NCBI GenBank assembly: GCA_043228905.1
Contig: JBHGNT010000008.1
Location: forward strand, 3,534,001-3,598,000
Source of the DNA: Azolla caroliniana
Taxonomy: Eukaryota > Plantae > Polypodiophyta
Direction: 5' to 3'
Length of the DNA stretch: 64,000 bases
The notes under the pieces: model-generated
Database searches by the model: none
What the model was told of the DNA's origin: nothing
Seen by the model: only the letters and a program-made list of their open reading frames with translations
Translations under genes and position numbers: made by a program
Shown here: positions 45,101-56,962 of the stretch, one piece after another
Layout of the letters: every line of letters begins with the position of its first letter
Numbering within the stretch: position 1 is the first letter of the stretch

Positions 45101-47980
45101 TTTCTTCCTGTCTCCGTTTCCACGAACCCTTTGAGGTCCCGGAAACAGTCGAAGACTTTACTCTTCTTCTCGATGAGGTAGATCCACGTGTGCCGCGTGT
45201 AGTCGTTGATGAAGGAGAGGAAATACCGACTCCCGCCAATACTAACATTTTGTGCCGGCTCCCACACATCGGAGTGTATCAAGTCGAGCCTGTTCTGGCT
45301 CCGATTAAGCTGGTTGGGGAAAGGAAGTCGGTGTTGCTTCCCAAGCTGGCAAGCTTCACAAATTTGTGCCTTCCGGCCACTAAATTTGGGCAATCTGAAC
45401 ACCACTTGTTTCGATTGCAGGTCTTGAAGCCGTTGGTAGTTGACGTGGCCTATCCGCTTGTGCCATAAGTCAATGTCCGACTCGACTTTTTGTCCCTTCG
45501 CGAACATTGCGCCCTTGCGCAATAACACAGCTTTCTTCCTCAATGAAGCACCCAAGGTGTGTAAACCGAACCTGCATCCCCTGGTCGACGATCTGCCCGA
45601 CCGACACCAGGTTTTTCGTGATTGTTGGGACGTGTAGCATGTTCATGAGTTTCCCTTTCTGCCCGACATGGCTCAGGGGAATTTCACCGACATTCGCGAT
45701 TGGATGCAGAGTGTCGTCTCCGGTTGCAACCACTCCCGGTTGCATTGGTTTTTCTAGGTATGAGAACCACTCCTTATGGCTCGTCATGTGATTTGACGCG
45801 CTGGAGTCGACGTACCACACCTCGTTTGATTTCGGGGTGGTCTGCTTCATTGGGCTTGCTTCGTGTCTCGTCACAAAGACAGACCCTTTTCCGGCTTTTC
45901 CGGATCCTACGACGTAGTGCGATTGGTTTCAGTTTCCTTTGTCGGTATGTTCGGAACCAGATCCGGAACCGGTCCTCTCCGACTCGACGTGCTTTTTCCA
46001 GCACTCGCTCTCCCTGTGGTCTTTCTTGCCACAATACCAGCATTCCACGGCGGATTTCCCTTGACATTTCTCATCGCCTCGACTCCCCCTGTTTCCGAAG
46101 GCTTCGGAATAGCTGTTGGCATCATTTCGGTGCCTCCTTCCTTGATCTCGTCAGCCGCCTCCATTGCGCACCAACTCGGCTTGTCCTCCAGGTCCATGGG
46201 GCCTATCTCCCTCCATGTACAACATCTTGTTGTCGGTGTGCGTGCTTGTTGATGCACCCATGTGGTTCTCCTCTACCAGGAGCATGGACTGTAAGTCGAA
46301 AAAGGACGACGTATTCTCCCGGGTACACACAACAGTTCGGAACACCCCGAACTTTGGCGCCAAACCCCCGAGATAGACCTAGACCATCTCGCTTTCCTTG
46401 ATGTTTACATCGATGGAAGCTAAGAAGTCGCAGATGTCCTTGATCTTCGAGGTATAGTCAGCCACTGAGAAATCGCGTTGTCGTAGGTTGCTGAACTCCT
46501 GTCGGAGCTGAAGCTTCCTGGCTGTGGTGCTTGCGGAGAAGAACTTCTACAGATTTTCCCATGCACCCTTCGGCGTTTTTGCATCCCGAACGTAGCTTAA
46601 TAGCTGTTCGCCCACACAAGACGCAAAGTAGTACAGTACCCTGCTCGCTGATTGTTCCCACGCCGGGAAATCTTTGTGTGTCAATTCGTGTGCTGTGTCA
46701 TTTGCTCCATCGACATAGCTCCAAAAACCGTGTACGAGCAGGTACTGGTGCATCTTGTAGGACCAAGATGCGTAGTTGTTGTAAGGAAATAGGTCCCTCC
46801 AGATGGGAAGTCAGAAGAACAGTACTGATGAGCAAACTCAGACGAGGCCGAAACCGGATGAGGAATACCCAGCTACGGAAGACCCGGTGAGAACCGGATG
46901 ACGAGTACCTGGCAAGCGCCGGATGATGCAGGTCCGGTGAGGAGTGCTCACCGGATGAAGAGACATATTCGTAAATATGTTTTTGAGAGTCCATCGTGGC
47001 TATATTTGTAAATAGCCGAAAAGTCATATTAGTATAAATATGACTTAGGGCAAACCTTTTTGTAAGATAGTATGAGAGGGTTGTTGTCATTCTTGTTGGC
47101 GCAAGATTAGAGCGCGCAACTGTGTACAGAGAGAGTGAGAGAGAGGAAGAGGTCGTTGCCTCTGATTGTAACCGCCGCCTATGGCGAAGATAGCAAGCTC
47201 GAGGTCGTGGCCTCAGGGCTTTCTTATTGTACATTTTGATATAGAGATAGTTTGCAGTCTGTGGGCTGCCGTGGTTTTTCCCGAGTTTGGGTTTTCCATG
47301 TAAACATCTTGTGTACTCTTCTCTCTATCGTGTTGTGCTTTCATTCCCTGCTTTCTGTGTTTTATTCTAGGCTCGGTTGTGGCCGAGCGTTGTTCATCGG
47401 GAGTGTGTAGTTCCTGACAGTTGTTTCTGTCGAGCTTCTCCGTCGGAAGCGAGCTAGCCATGGCTCTATCCATCGGTGTTTACCTGTTCTTCTTGGTTGG
47501 TTTTTCTGTTCAAGCTATGTCGGCTTCAGGTTCTCAACCCTCGTGCTCTGATACCATGTGAAAGGTAATGTGTGGAAGCAATAGAAAAACGAACACAGAG
47601 AAAATGTGCAGGTTTAATGGAGAGCCTGAGTATACACAGTACGCGGGAGGGACAGAGAGAGAACACACAGAAAACTCAATTCAAAATAGTACTCAATTTG
47701 TACATACATCGTGCTCAGTGAGCACCTTTTATACAAGCCCTGACAATGGGCTGGCACAAGTATTGACAGTACTTGACTGCTCATAAATGAGCCTCGAGTC
47801 TTACTCCCAAAACTATTCCTTACGAGGAATATCTCTCTAACGGCCTTTCGGTTTACACACCGATACGGCCTCTTGTTATGCACCGGTTTGCGTATCCGTT
47901 TTACACACCGGTCCGGCCTAACCGATCCGGTCCTCGACTTGCTCAGCCGATCCGGCCGATGTTGAGCTTGTCTCTCAACA
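42198..47980 (-). mobile_element. Degenerate two-LTR Ty1/Copia 'B' (same family as A), RNase H deleted
   Basis: LTRs 42198-42635 and 47557-47980, TSD CTTCT on both sides, PBS 47545-47556, gag ATG 47461, integrase ORF 44218-45555, RT pieces with LLYVDD. Confidence 0.92.
46780..47419 (+). repeat. Solo LTR (640 bp) related to the LTRs of Copia C
   Basis: TG...CA, TSD GTTGT on both sides, shares GTATAAATATGACTTAGGGCAAAC with C; gag LDRNN|YASW rejoins across it. Confidence 0.92.
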
Positions 47981-50526
47981 CTTCTGGCTTCACGCCTCGC
48001 TCGCGCTCCTCGACCTATTCAATTCCGCGCGCCTTGACTTGTTCGATTCCGGTCGGCTTGTCTGCTCACACGGACTTTCTCAGCTTCCTTGCTGTTGTGG
48101 TGTTGGCGCCTCTTCTGCTGCCTTCTCTTCCGCTTGGCCCTTTGTTGATTCAGCATATCTAAATCAAACATCCGAACCGACTCGGCTTCCTCGGATCGGT
48201 TTTCGCTCTCGTCCGAGTTGGCTGTCTGCAACTCGTCTTGGGTCTTCTCTCCCCCGATGGTTTCGCCTCCCCCACACTTGGTTGTCTTCGGCTCTTCGTT
48301 TCGAATGCTCCCTTTATGTCCGCTTTCGGACTCTTCCGCGGATCCGCCCTCGGCTTCTTCAGCTGATCCAAAATCGAATTCGTCATCGACTCGACGTCAC
48401 AGTCTTCGTCTTCCGGAACTTCTCTCCCTCTTCGGTGGTCCTTCGGGACGTCTCTCCCCCTCATGTTCGGCACGTCGAGGTGATGCAACCCAAGCGCACT
48501 CGAAAATTGTCGCAACTTGTCCAGACCAAGAGGCTTGGTGAAGATGTCGGCATTTTTTCGATCCGTCGGAACATACCGAAGTTTGACTTCACCGAAGAGG
48601 ACACGCTCACAGACGAAATGGTAGTGCACCTCAATGTGGTTACTCCGGGCGTGGAAGACGGGGTTCTTTGCGAGTTGGATGGTGCTGAGGTTGTCACAGT
48701 AGATTATCATTGGATCAGATACCTCCACCTACAGATCCTTAAGCAACCGCTTCAACCATACGGCTTCGCATGTCGCGACAACCGCTCTTCGATACTCGGC
48801 TTCGGTGCTCGACAGCGCAACTGTCGGCTGCTTCTTGCTACTCCACGCGATGGCGGCACTCCCAAGAGAGAATGCGAAACCGGATGTGGATCGGCGATTG
48901 CCGACGTTTTCGGCCCAATCCGCATCGGTGTAACCGACCAACTGCACAGTAGAATCGGTCCGATATAGTAGCCCCCGGTCCTTAGTGCCGCTTACGTACT
49001 GTAGTAGGCGTTGCGCACACTGAAGGCGCTCCTCGGTAGGTCGTGCCATAAATTGACTAATCACCCCGACCAGGTAGCTTAGATCTGGTCGAGTGATGGT
49101 CAAGTATATAAGGCTTCCGACTATCTATCGGAACCTCGTCAGGTCGCATACCTTTCCGGACTTAGGGTGAAGCTTGACGGTTCTATCAAAAGGAGTTGAG
49201 ACGGAACAATAGTCGGCCATCCCGAATTTGAAGAGCATACTTAGCACGTAATGTCGTTGGCTGATTAGTATGCATTTGGAGGTATGGATCACTTCGATTC
49301 CGAGGAAGTAATGAAGGTCCCCCAGATCCTTCATGTCAAATGATGCCGCGAGTTGGAGCTTCACGCGGTCTATCTCACCTAGGTCGGCACCCGTGATGAC
49401 CAAGTCATCAACATAAAGTAAAATACTAACTGGCCCGAGTCGACCTTTCCGAATGAACAGTGAGGAGTCCGATTTTGACATCGCAAAGCCCATCCGATGC
49501 AATTGTTGCATGATCTTCACGTTCCAGGCACGCGGGGCTTGCTTTAGTCTGTAGAGGGACTTCTTCAATCAGCACACCGTCAAAGTGTTCGTTCCGGAGT
49601 GAAACCCGGGAGGCTGTACCATGTACACCTGTTCCTCAAGCTCAACTTGCAGGAACACATTCTTTACATCCGTCTGATGTAAGTGCCACCCCTTTGCCGC
49701 AGCTACCGCGAGCATAACACGGACGGTCGTCATCTTCGCGACCGACGTAAACGTCTCATAGTAGTCGATGCAATGTTTCTGCGTAGCTCTCCGGCTCACG
49801 CACTGCCACAACACGGGTCATGTACACATAGTGATGCGCCATGTACTCATTATAACCGAACCGCACAACAAGATTGTTCTCGCGGGTAGATCGGCGTAAT
49901 TTGTCATTAGCCGATGTTGAGGGTTTCGTCGCCGACCCGAACTTTGGTCTCGAAGATCCGTCACCACTTCCCTCGGAGTCAGACTCGTGTCGGCCCGACT
50001 CGTTCCTATCCGTGTCGTAAGCCGACACTTTCTTCTTCCCTTTTTCCTTGCGCATAAGCCGTCTCCACTATTCGCCGGGTCTTCATCGGACTGGTCGAAC
50101 CGACTCAGTTGTCCATCTGGTCTGCTTAACCGAAACGAAATCGGATTCTCTTCGCGGGTCCCGATTTCAGGGTCATCCGGAGGCATCTCGGCCTCGCTGC
50201 CTCATCGTTAGAACTTGGATTGGAGGTGAGGTCCGGACCCGGAGGCAAGTACCAGGACATGAACTCGTCAAATACAACATCGCGTCTCACGCACGCATGT
50301 TTGGTGCGAGGGTTATAACACTTATAACCCTTCTGCTCATCCGAGTAGCCGACCAAGATACACTTCTCAGCGTTCGCGTCCAACTTCCTCCGTTTCTCCT
50401 TCGGCACATGCATATATGCAATGCTACCGAAGATTCTCAAGTGTCGTAAATTCGGCTTCCTTCCGAAATATAGCTCATGCGCCGACACTTTGTCTCCGAT
50501 CGGATTCTGGATGTATACTGTGGTTT

Positions 50527-53500
50527 TGTAAGGAATCGACGCTTCGATTCACCTTCACCGCTCGGCCACAACCGAGTAAACGCGAATCAATGCAGCAGAA
50601 AATAGGAACCTCAGAGAGGAACACACGAATACACAGGGATTAACGTGGAAAAACCCTAGACGGGAAAAAACCACGGGAGTACAAGACTCCAAACCAACAC
50701 TAACCAAAGAGAAGTATACAATGGCGAGCTGCAAGGCGACGACCTTGAGCTCGCTGTCCTCGCCACAGGCGGCGGAAATACACAGAGGCGTCGTCCTCTT
50801 CCTCTCTCGCGCTCTATCTCTCTCTCACTCACGACTGCTCCCTCTTCACTCCTCTTGAGTGGAAAAACAGAAAAATAATAAGCAACAATAAAACAGTTTG
50901 CCCTAAGTCATATTTATACATATATGACTTTGGGGCTATTTACAACTATAGCCTCAGAGGCCCATAGCAAACATATTCACGGATATGTCCCTGCATCCGG
51001 ATCGCTCTCCGGGTACATTCGTCATCCGGCTCCGAAGCCGGGGTCTTCATCATCCGGTTCCGAAACCGAAACCGGGCTCGTCGGCATTCATCTCCGACAT
51101 CCGACCATTCCATCCGAAGGGACCGTAATCCCATCAAACTCCCCCTTCACTTCGGCATGGGATATCTTTCCAGTCCGATCCTCTTCCGGCATGCTTCCAG
51201 CTTGTCGGGTGTGAGCACCTTGGTCAGCATATCCGACCCGTTCTCGTCCGTGTGGATCTTTGTCAGCACGAACTCCTTGTCTTCTATCCTTTCCCGGATC
51301 CAGTGATATCTTCGCTGGATGTGCTTCGTCCGGGAGTGATAGGCCGCGTTCTTCGCAAGATGGATTGCACTCTGACTGTCGCAGTAGAGTCGGTACTCCT
51401 CCTGCCGGATACCGAGCTCTCTAATGAAGTCCTTCATCCATATTATTTCCTTGCCGGCTTCAACAGCCGCCATCTACTCCGCCTCCGTGGTTGACAACGC
51501 AACCGTCTTCTGCAGCCTCGACTGCCACGAAACGGCTCCCCCTGCATACGTCATCACATACCCTGATGTGGACCGGCTGGTATCTGCATCAGCCGACATA
51601 TCCGAATCGGTGAAGCCGTCGAGTTCGGGCTTACCGGAGCCGAATCGGAGGCACACGTTTGCCATGCCCTTCAGGTATCGGAGTATCCACTTGGCCGCGT
51701 TCCAATGCTCTTTGCCGGGATTGCTCATGTACCGGCTCACCACTCCGACTGCATATCCGATGTCCGGTCGGGTACACACCATTGCGTACATCAAACTCCC
51801 GACGGCAGAGGCATATGGTACTTTCATCATGTCCTCCTTCTCAGCCTTTGTCTTGGGACTTTGCTTGCTGGACAGCTTGCAGTTTGCCGGGAGGGTCGAT
51901 CCGACCGGTCTTGCTTCCGACATGTTGAACCGGTGAAGCACCTTCGTCACGTACTTCTCCTGTGACAGCCACAACTGCTTCTTCTTCCGGTCCCGAATGA
52001 TGTGCATCCCTAGTATTTGCCTCGCCGGACCCAGGTCCTTCATTGAGAAGGTTCGGTGAAGAGCCTTCTTCAGCATCCGTATCTTGACCTGGTCCCGTCC
52101 GACGATCAACATGTCGTCCACGTACAGGAGGAGTATTAGAAAGTCTCCTCCTTTGAACTTCTTCACAAACACGCAGTGGTCGGACTGCGTTTTGAGGTAC
52201 CCTTCGTCGGTCATGAAGGAGTCGAACTTCCGGTACCATTGCCGGGGAGCCTGCTTCAGTCCGTAAAGGCTCTTCTTCAACCGGCATACCAGGTGCTCCT
52301 TCCCTTTCTTCTCGAATCCTTCCGGTTGCTGCATGTAGATCTCTTCATCGAGGTCACCGTGAAGGAATGCCGTCTTCACGTCCATCTGTTCTACCTCGAG
52401 GTCCATGCTTGCCGCTATGCTCAGCACCGTCCGGATGGAGGTCATCTTCACTACCGGGGCAAATATCTCGTCGAAGTCGACGCCCTTCTTCTGCTGAAAC
52501 CCCTTCACCACGATCCTGGCTTTGTATCTCGGGGGGTTTCCGGCATCTCCCGGTTTCAGCTTGAACACCCACTTGTTTCGAAGTGCCCGCTTTCCTTTCG
52601 GCAACTCCACAAGTTCATATGTGTGGTTCTCATGCAGGGAATCCATCTCGTCCTGCATGGCACTCAACCACCTGCGGCTCTGGGTGTCATGTTTTGCTTC
52701 TTCAAAGCTCTCCGGCTCCCCCTCGTCGGTTAGCAGCACGTGCTCTGGTTCCGGAAATCTCCGGGGGGCCCTTCTCTCTCTCAGAGGATATCTCCGTTCC
52801 GGAGCTTCGGTAACCGGTTCTTCCGATTCTTCTTCATCTGAATCCATTTCGGGATCGGGGCCGGTTCCGGTATCATTTTCATCTTCTTCGGCCGGTTCTG
52901 TTTCTCCACCGTCTTCGGCCGGATCCTCGAGTGCTAACCGGTCCCTTGCCGGTCGGGACTGCTCCTCGTAGAGTTGATCCTCACCGGTCGACTTGGAGCT
53001 CTTCATCTTCTTCTCCGACTCCCAGTCGGCGAGTGTCTTGTTCTCCATGAAGATGATATCACGACTCCGGAATATCTTCTTGTCGACCGGGTCCCATACT
53101 CGGTAGCCGAACTCGTCATCGCCGTAACCGAGGAATATGCATGGCCGGGTCTTTGGATCTAGCTTTCCTCTCCGGTCCTTAGCCACATGCACATATGTGA
53201 GACACCCGAACACCTTCAGATGCCGGTAGGATACTTCCCTATCGGTCCACACTCTCTGCGGCGTGTCTCCGTCCAAAGGTACTGAGGGTGATCTGTTTAT
53301 CACGTATGTCGCCGTCGACATTGCCTCAGCCCAAAACCCCTTGGGTAATTTCGCATGCGCCAGCATACTCCGGACCCTCTCCATTATGGTCCGGTTCATC
53401 CTCTCGGCCAGCCCGTTCAGTTCCGGCGTCTTCGGCACAGTAAACTCGAGCCGGATTCCCTTCGAGCGACAGTACTCCTGGAACTGCCCCCGGTATTCCC

Positions 53501-55860
53501 CTCCGTTATCCGCTCGTATCGCTTTCAGCTTCTTGCCGGATTCCCTTTCCACTCTCGCGTGGAGTTCTTTGAAGACGCACAACACTTGGTCCTTTGTCTT
53601 CAGCGGTGCCATCCACAGCTTCCGGCTGTGATCATCAATGAATGTCACGAAGTACTGGGCTCCACCATGTGACTTCGTTTCTACCTGACACACATCAGTG
53701 TGCACCAACTCCAATGGTGCGCCACGTCTCGTCGGTGGCCTTGAGTGGAAGGAGGTTCGGTTCTGCTTACCGGCCAGGCAATCGGTGCACTTCTCCAGGT
53801 GCACATGCTTCACTGGAATAAGGTTGTCTTCTGCAAGCCTCTTCATCCCCTTCTCACTCATGTGGCACAGTCTTTTGTGCCACAGCTCACCGGCAGTGTC
53901 GGCTGCCACATTCAGCTCTTCCGGACATAACCGGGCATTCATCAGGTACAACGTGTTGTCTTTCCGGGCCCGAGCCACTATCAGGCTCCCCTTGCTGAAC
54001 TTCATTACGCCATTCCGGATGCTACCTGTGTAGCCTTCATCGTCCAGCCTCCCGGTCGAAATCAGGTTCAATCGAACCTCCGGAACGTGTCGGACATCCT
54101 TCAGCAGCATTTTGCATCCGGTCGGGGTTGTCAACCACACGTCTCCTATGCCGGCAATCTGGCACGTACCTTCATTTCCCATTCGAACACAACCATGCTC
54201 ACCGGCTGTGTAGGATGAGAAGTATCTTCTCTCCGGGGTCAGATGGAACGATGCTCCGGAATCGACCACCCAGGTCGTCTCATCGCCGGCAATGTTTAGT
54301 TCACCTTCTTCGGTGATGAGCATGATTTCTTCCTCACTTGCCGCGAGTGCCGTTGTTCCTTTCCGGTCCTGCCCTCGCCGATCCGAACCTCTCCGGTCCG
54401 TGGCTCCCCGGTATGCACCGTTTCTCTCCGGTGACTTCTTCGAATCGGTGTCGTCGGCTCCGTTGTCTTTTCGGTAATGCCGACAATTCTTTCGGAAGTG
54501 CCCCGGCTTCCCACAGTGGAAGCATGTGGGCCTTCCTCTTGACTGCGACCGGGTCCCCGACTTCTCCCGTCTTTGCGGACTCCGGTTCCATTGTCTTCCC
54601 CGATCCGATTCGGTAAGCAGCGCCTTCGAGTCGGAGGCCGGTTCTTTATCTCTCCGACGCGCTTCTTCGTTCAAAATACTTGTCTTTACCGTTTGTAAGG
54701 ACAAGTTATCTTCGGTGCAGGAGGTGCTGAGAGTCACCACCAAGTTCTCCCAGCTTTCCGGCAATGTACACATCAGGATGATGGCTTGCATTGCATCCTC
54801 CAACGGGAACTTGATCGCCGCAAGCTGATTCACGAATCCCATGAACGTGCTTACGTGTTCCACCATACTCTCGCCGTCCCGGTACTTGAGATTCACTATC
54901 TTCCTCATCAGGGAGGTCCGGTTCAACGCATTCTTCCTCTCATAGAGGCCCGACAGCTTCCGCCACATCTCATATGCGTTGGTGTCGTTCGCCACATGTT
55001 GTAGAACGCTCACGTCGACGTATTGCCGAATGGTTGCAACGGCTTTCCGGTTCAGAAGCCTCCATTCCGACTCAAGTACCCCCTTCGGTATTTCCGACCT
55101 GTCAATCGGTTCGTACAGGTCCCGAACAATCAGAAGATCCTCTATCTTGATCTTCCAGTCGGCGTAATTCTGCGCATTCAGCACCATCATCCCCGGCTGC
55201 CCGCTGCCGCCGCCTTCCATTTTCTGCAGCAGCTCGCTCTGATACCAGTTTGTAAGGAATCGACGCTTCGATTCACCTTCACCGCTCGGCCACAACCGAG
55301 TAAACGCGAATCAATGCAGCAGAAAATAGGAACCTCAGAGAGGAACACACGAATACACAGGGATTAACGTGGAAAAACCCTAGACGGGAAAAAACCACGG
55401 GAGTACAAGACTCCAAACCAACACTAACCAAAGAGAAGTATACAATGGCGAGCTGCAAGGCGACGACCTTGAGCTCGCTGTCCTCGCCACAGGCGGCGGA
55501 AATACACAGAGGCGTCGTCCTCTTCCTCTCTCGCGCTCTATCTCTCTCTCACTCACGACTGCTCCCTCTTCACTCCTCTTGAGTGGAAAAACAGAAAAAT
55601 AATAAGCAACAATAAAACAGTTTGCCCTAAGTCATATTTATACATATATGACTTTGGGGCTATTTACAACTATAGCCTCAGAGGCCCATAGCAAACATAT
55701 TCACGGATATGTCCCTGCATCCGGATCGCTCTCCGGGTACATTCGTCATCCGGCTCCGAAGCCGGGGTCTTCATCATCCGGTTCCGAAACCGAAACCGGG
55801 CTCGTCGGCATTCATCTCCGACATCCGACCATTCCATCCGAAGGGACCGTAATCCCATCA
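50527..55860 (-). mobile_element. Young full-length Ty1/Copia 'C' (Tnt1/Tork-like)
   Basis: Two 610-bp LTRs (50527-51136, 55251-55860) identical by eye, TSD GGTTT, iMet PBS 55236-55247, PPT 51137-51147. Confidence 0.96.
51147..55220 (-). CDS. Copia Gag-Pol polyprotein with one in-frame TAG (51474-51476) in RNase H
   Basis: ATG 55220 (MEGGGSG); CFHCGKPGHFRKNC, WVVDSGASFH, DNGGEY, LLYVDD, STTEAE*MAAVEA..CDSQSA..SDMLTK in one frame. Confidence 0.92.
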
Positions 55861-56962
55861 GGTTTGTACCGCCTCAGCCCAATAGAATTTGGGCAAGCTC
55901 TTTTCTTCTAGCATTGCCCGTGCCGCTTCCACAATCGACCGAGTCTTCCTCTCGGCCACGCCGTTTTGCTCTGGCATGTATCTACAACTGAATTCGCGCC
56001 AAATTCCCATCTGTTGCAGATAGCCGTTGAATTGACCGGAAAAGTACTGTTTTCCGCCATCCGACCGCAGACACTTGATATTTCGTCCTGTTTCCGTTTC
56101 CACGAACCCTTTGAGGTCCCGGAAACAATCGAAGACTTCACTCTTATTCTCGATGAGGTAGATCCATGCATGCCGTGTATAGTCGTCGATGAAGGAGACG
56201 AAATATCGACTCCCGCCAAGACTAACGTTCTGTGCCGGCCCCCATACATCGGAATGTATCAGGTTGAGCTTGTTCCGGCTCCGGTTATGCTTGTTTGGGA
56301 TAGGAAGTCGGTGTTGCTTCCCTAGCTGGCAAGCTTCACAAATTTGTGCCTTACGGCCACTAAATTTGGGCAATCCAAACACCACCTGTTTCAATTGCAG
56401 GTCCTGAAGCCATTGATAGTTGATGTGGCCTATCCGCATGTGCCATAAGTCGATATCCGACTCAACTTTTTGTCCTTTCACGAACATTGCGGTGCCACTG
56501 TCACTAGAGTTGAGGATAAACATCCTCCCATCTCTACGCCCTTGCGCAATAACTCGGCCTTCTTCCTCGATGAAGCACCCGAGATGCGTAAACCGAACTT
56601 GCATCCCCTAGTCAACGATCTGCCCGACCGACACCATGTTCTTTGTGACACGTTCATGAGTTTCCCTTTCTGCCCGACATGGCTTAGGGGAACTTCACTG
56701 ACATTCGCGATTGGATACGGAGTGTCGTCTCCGGTTGCGACTACTCCCGGTTGCATTGGTTTCTCAAGGTATGAGAACCACTCCTTGTGGCACATCATGT
56801 GGTTTGACGCGCTGGAGTCAACGTACCACACCTCGTCCGATTTCGGGGTGATCTTCTTCATTGTGTTTGCTTCGTATCTCGTCACGAAGACTGGCCCTTT
56901 TTCGGCTCCTTCGGCGTAGTGCGATCGGTGCCGATTACCCTTGTCGGTCTGTTGGTCGGTCC

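Larger units (their letters stand above)
41712..56962 (-). mobile_element. Degenerate Ty1/Copia 'A' (3' LTR 41712-42134; body 42135-42197, 47981-50526, 55861-56962) hosting two nested Copias
   Basis: PPT 42135-42143; RT/RH 48159-49800; integrase rejoins across 50527-55860; 5' end lost. Confidence 0.85.
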
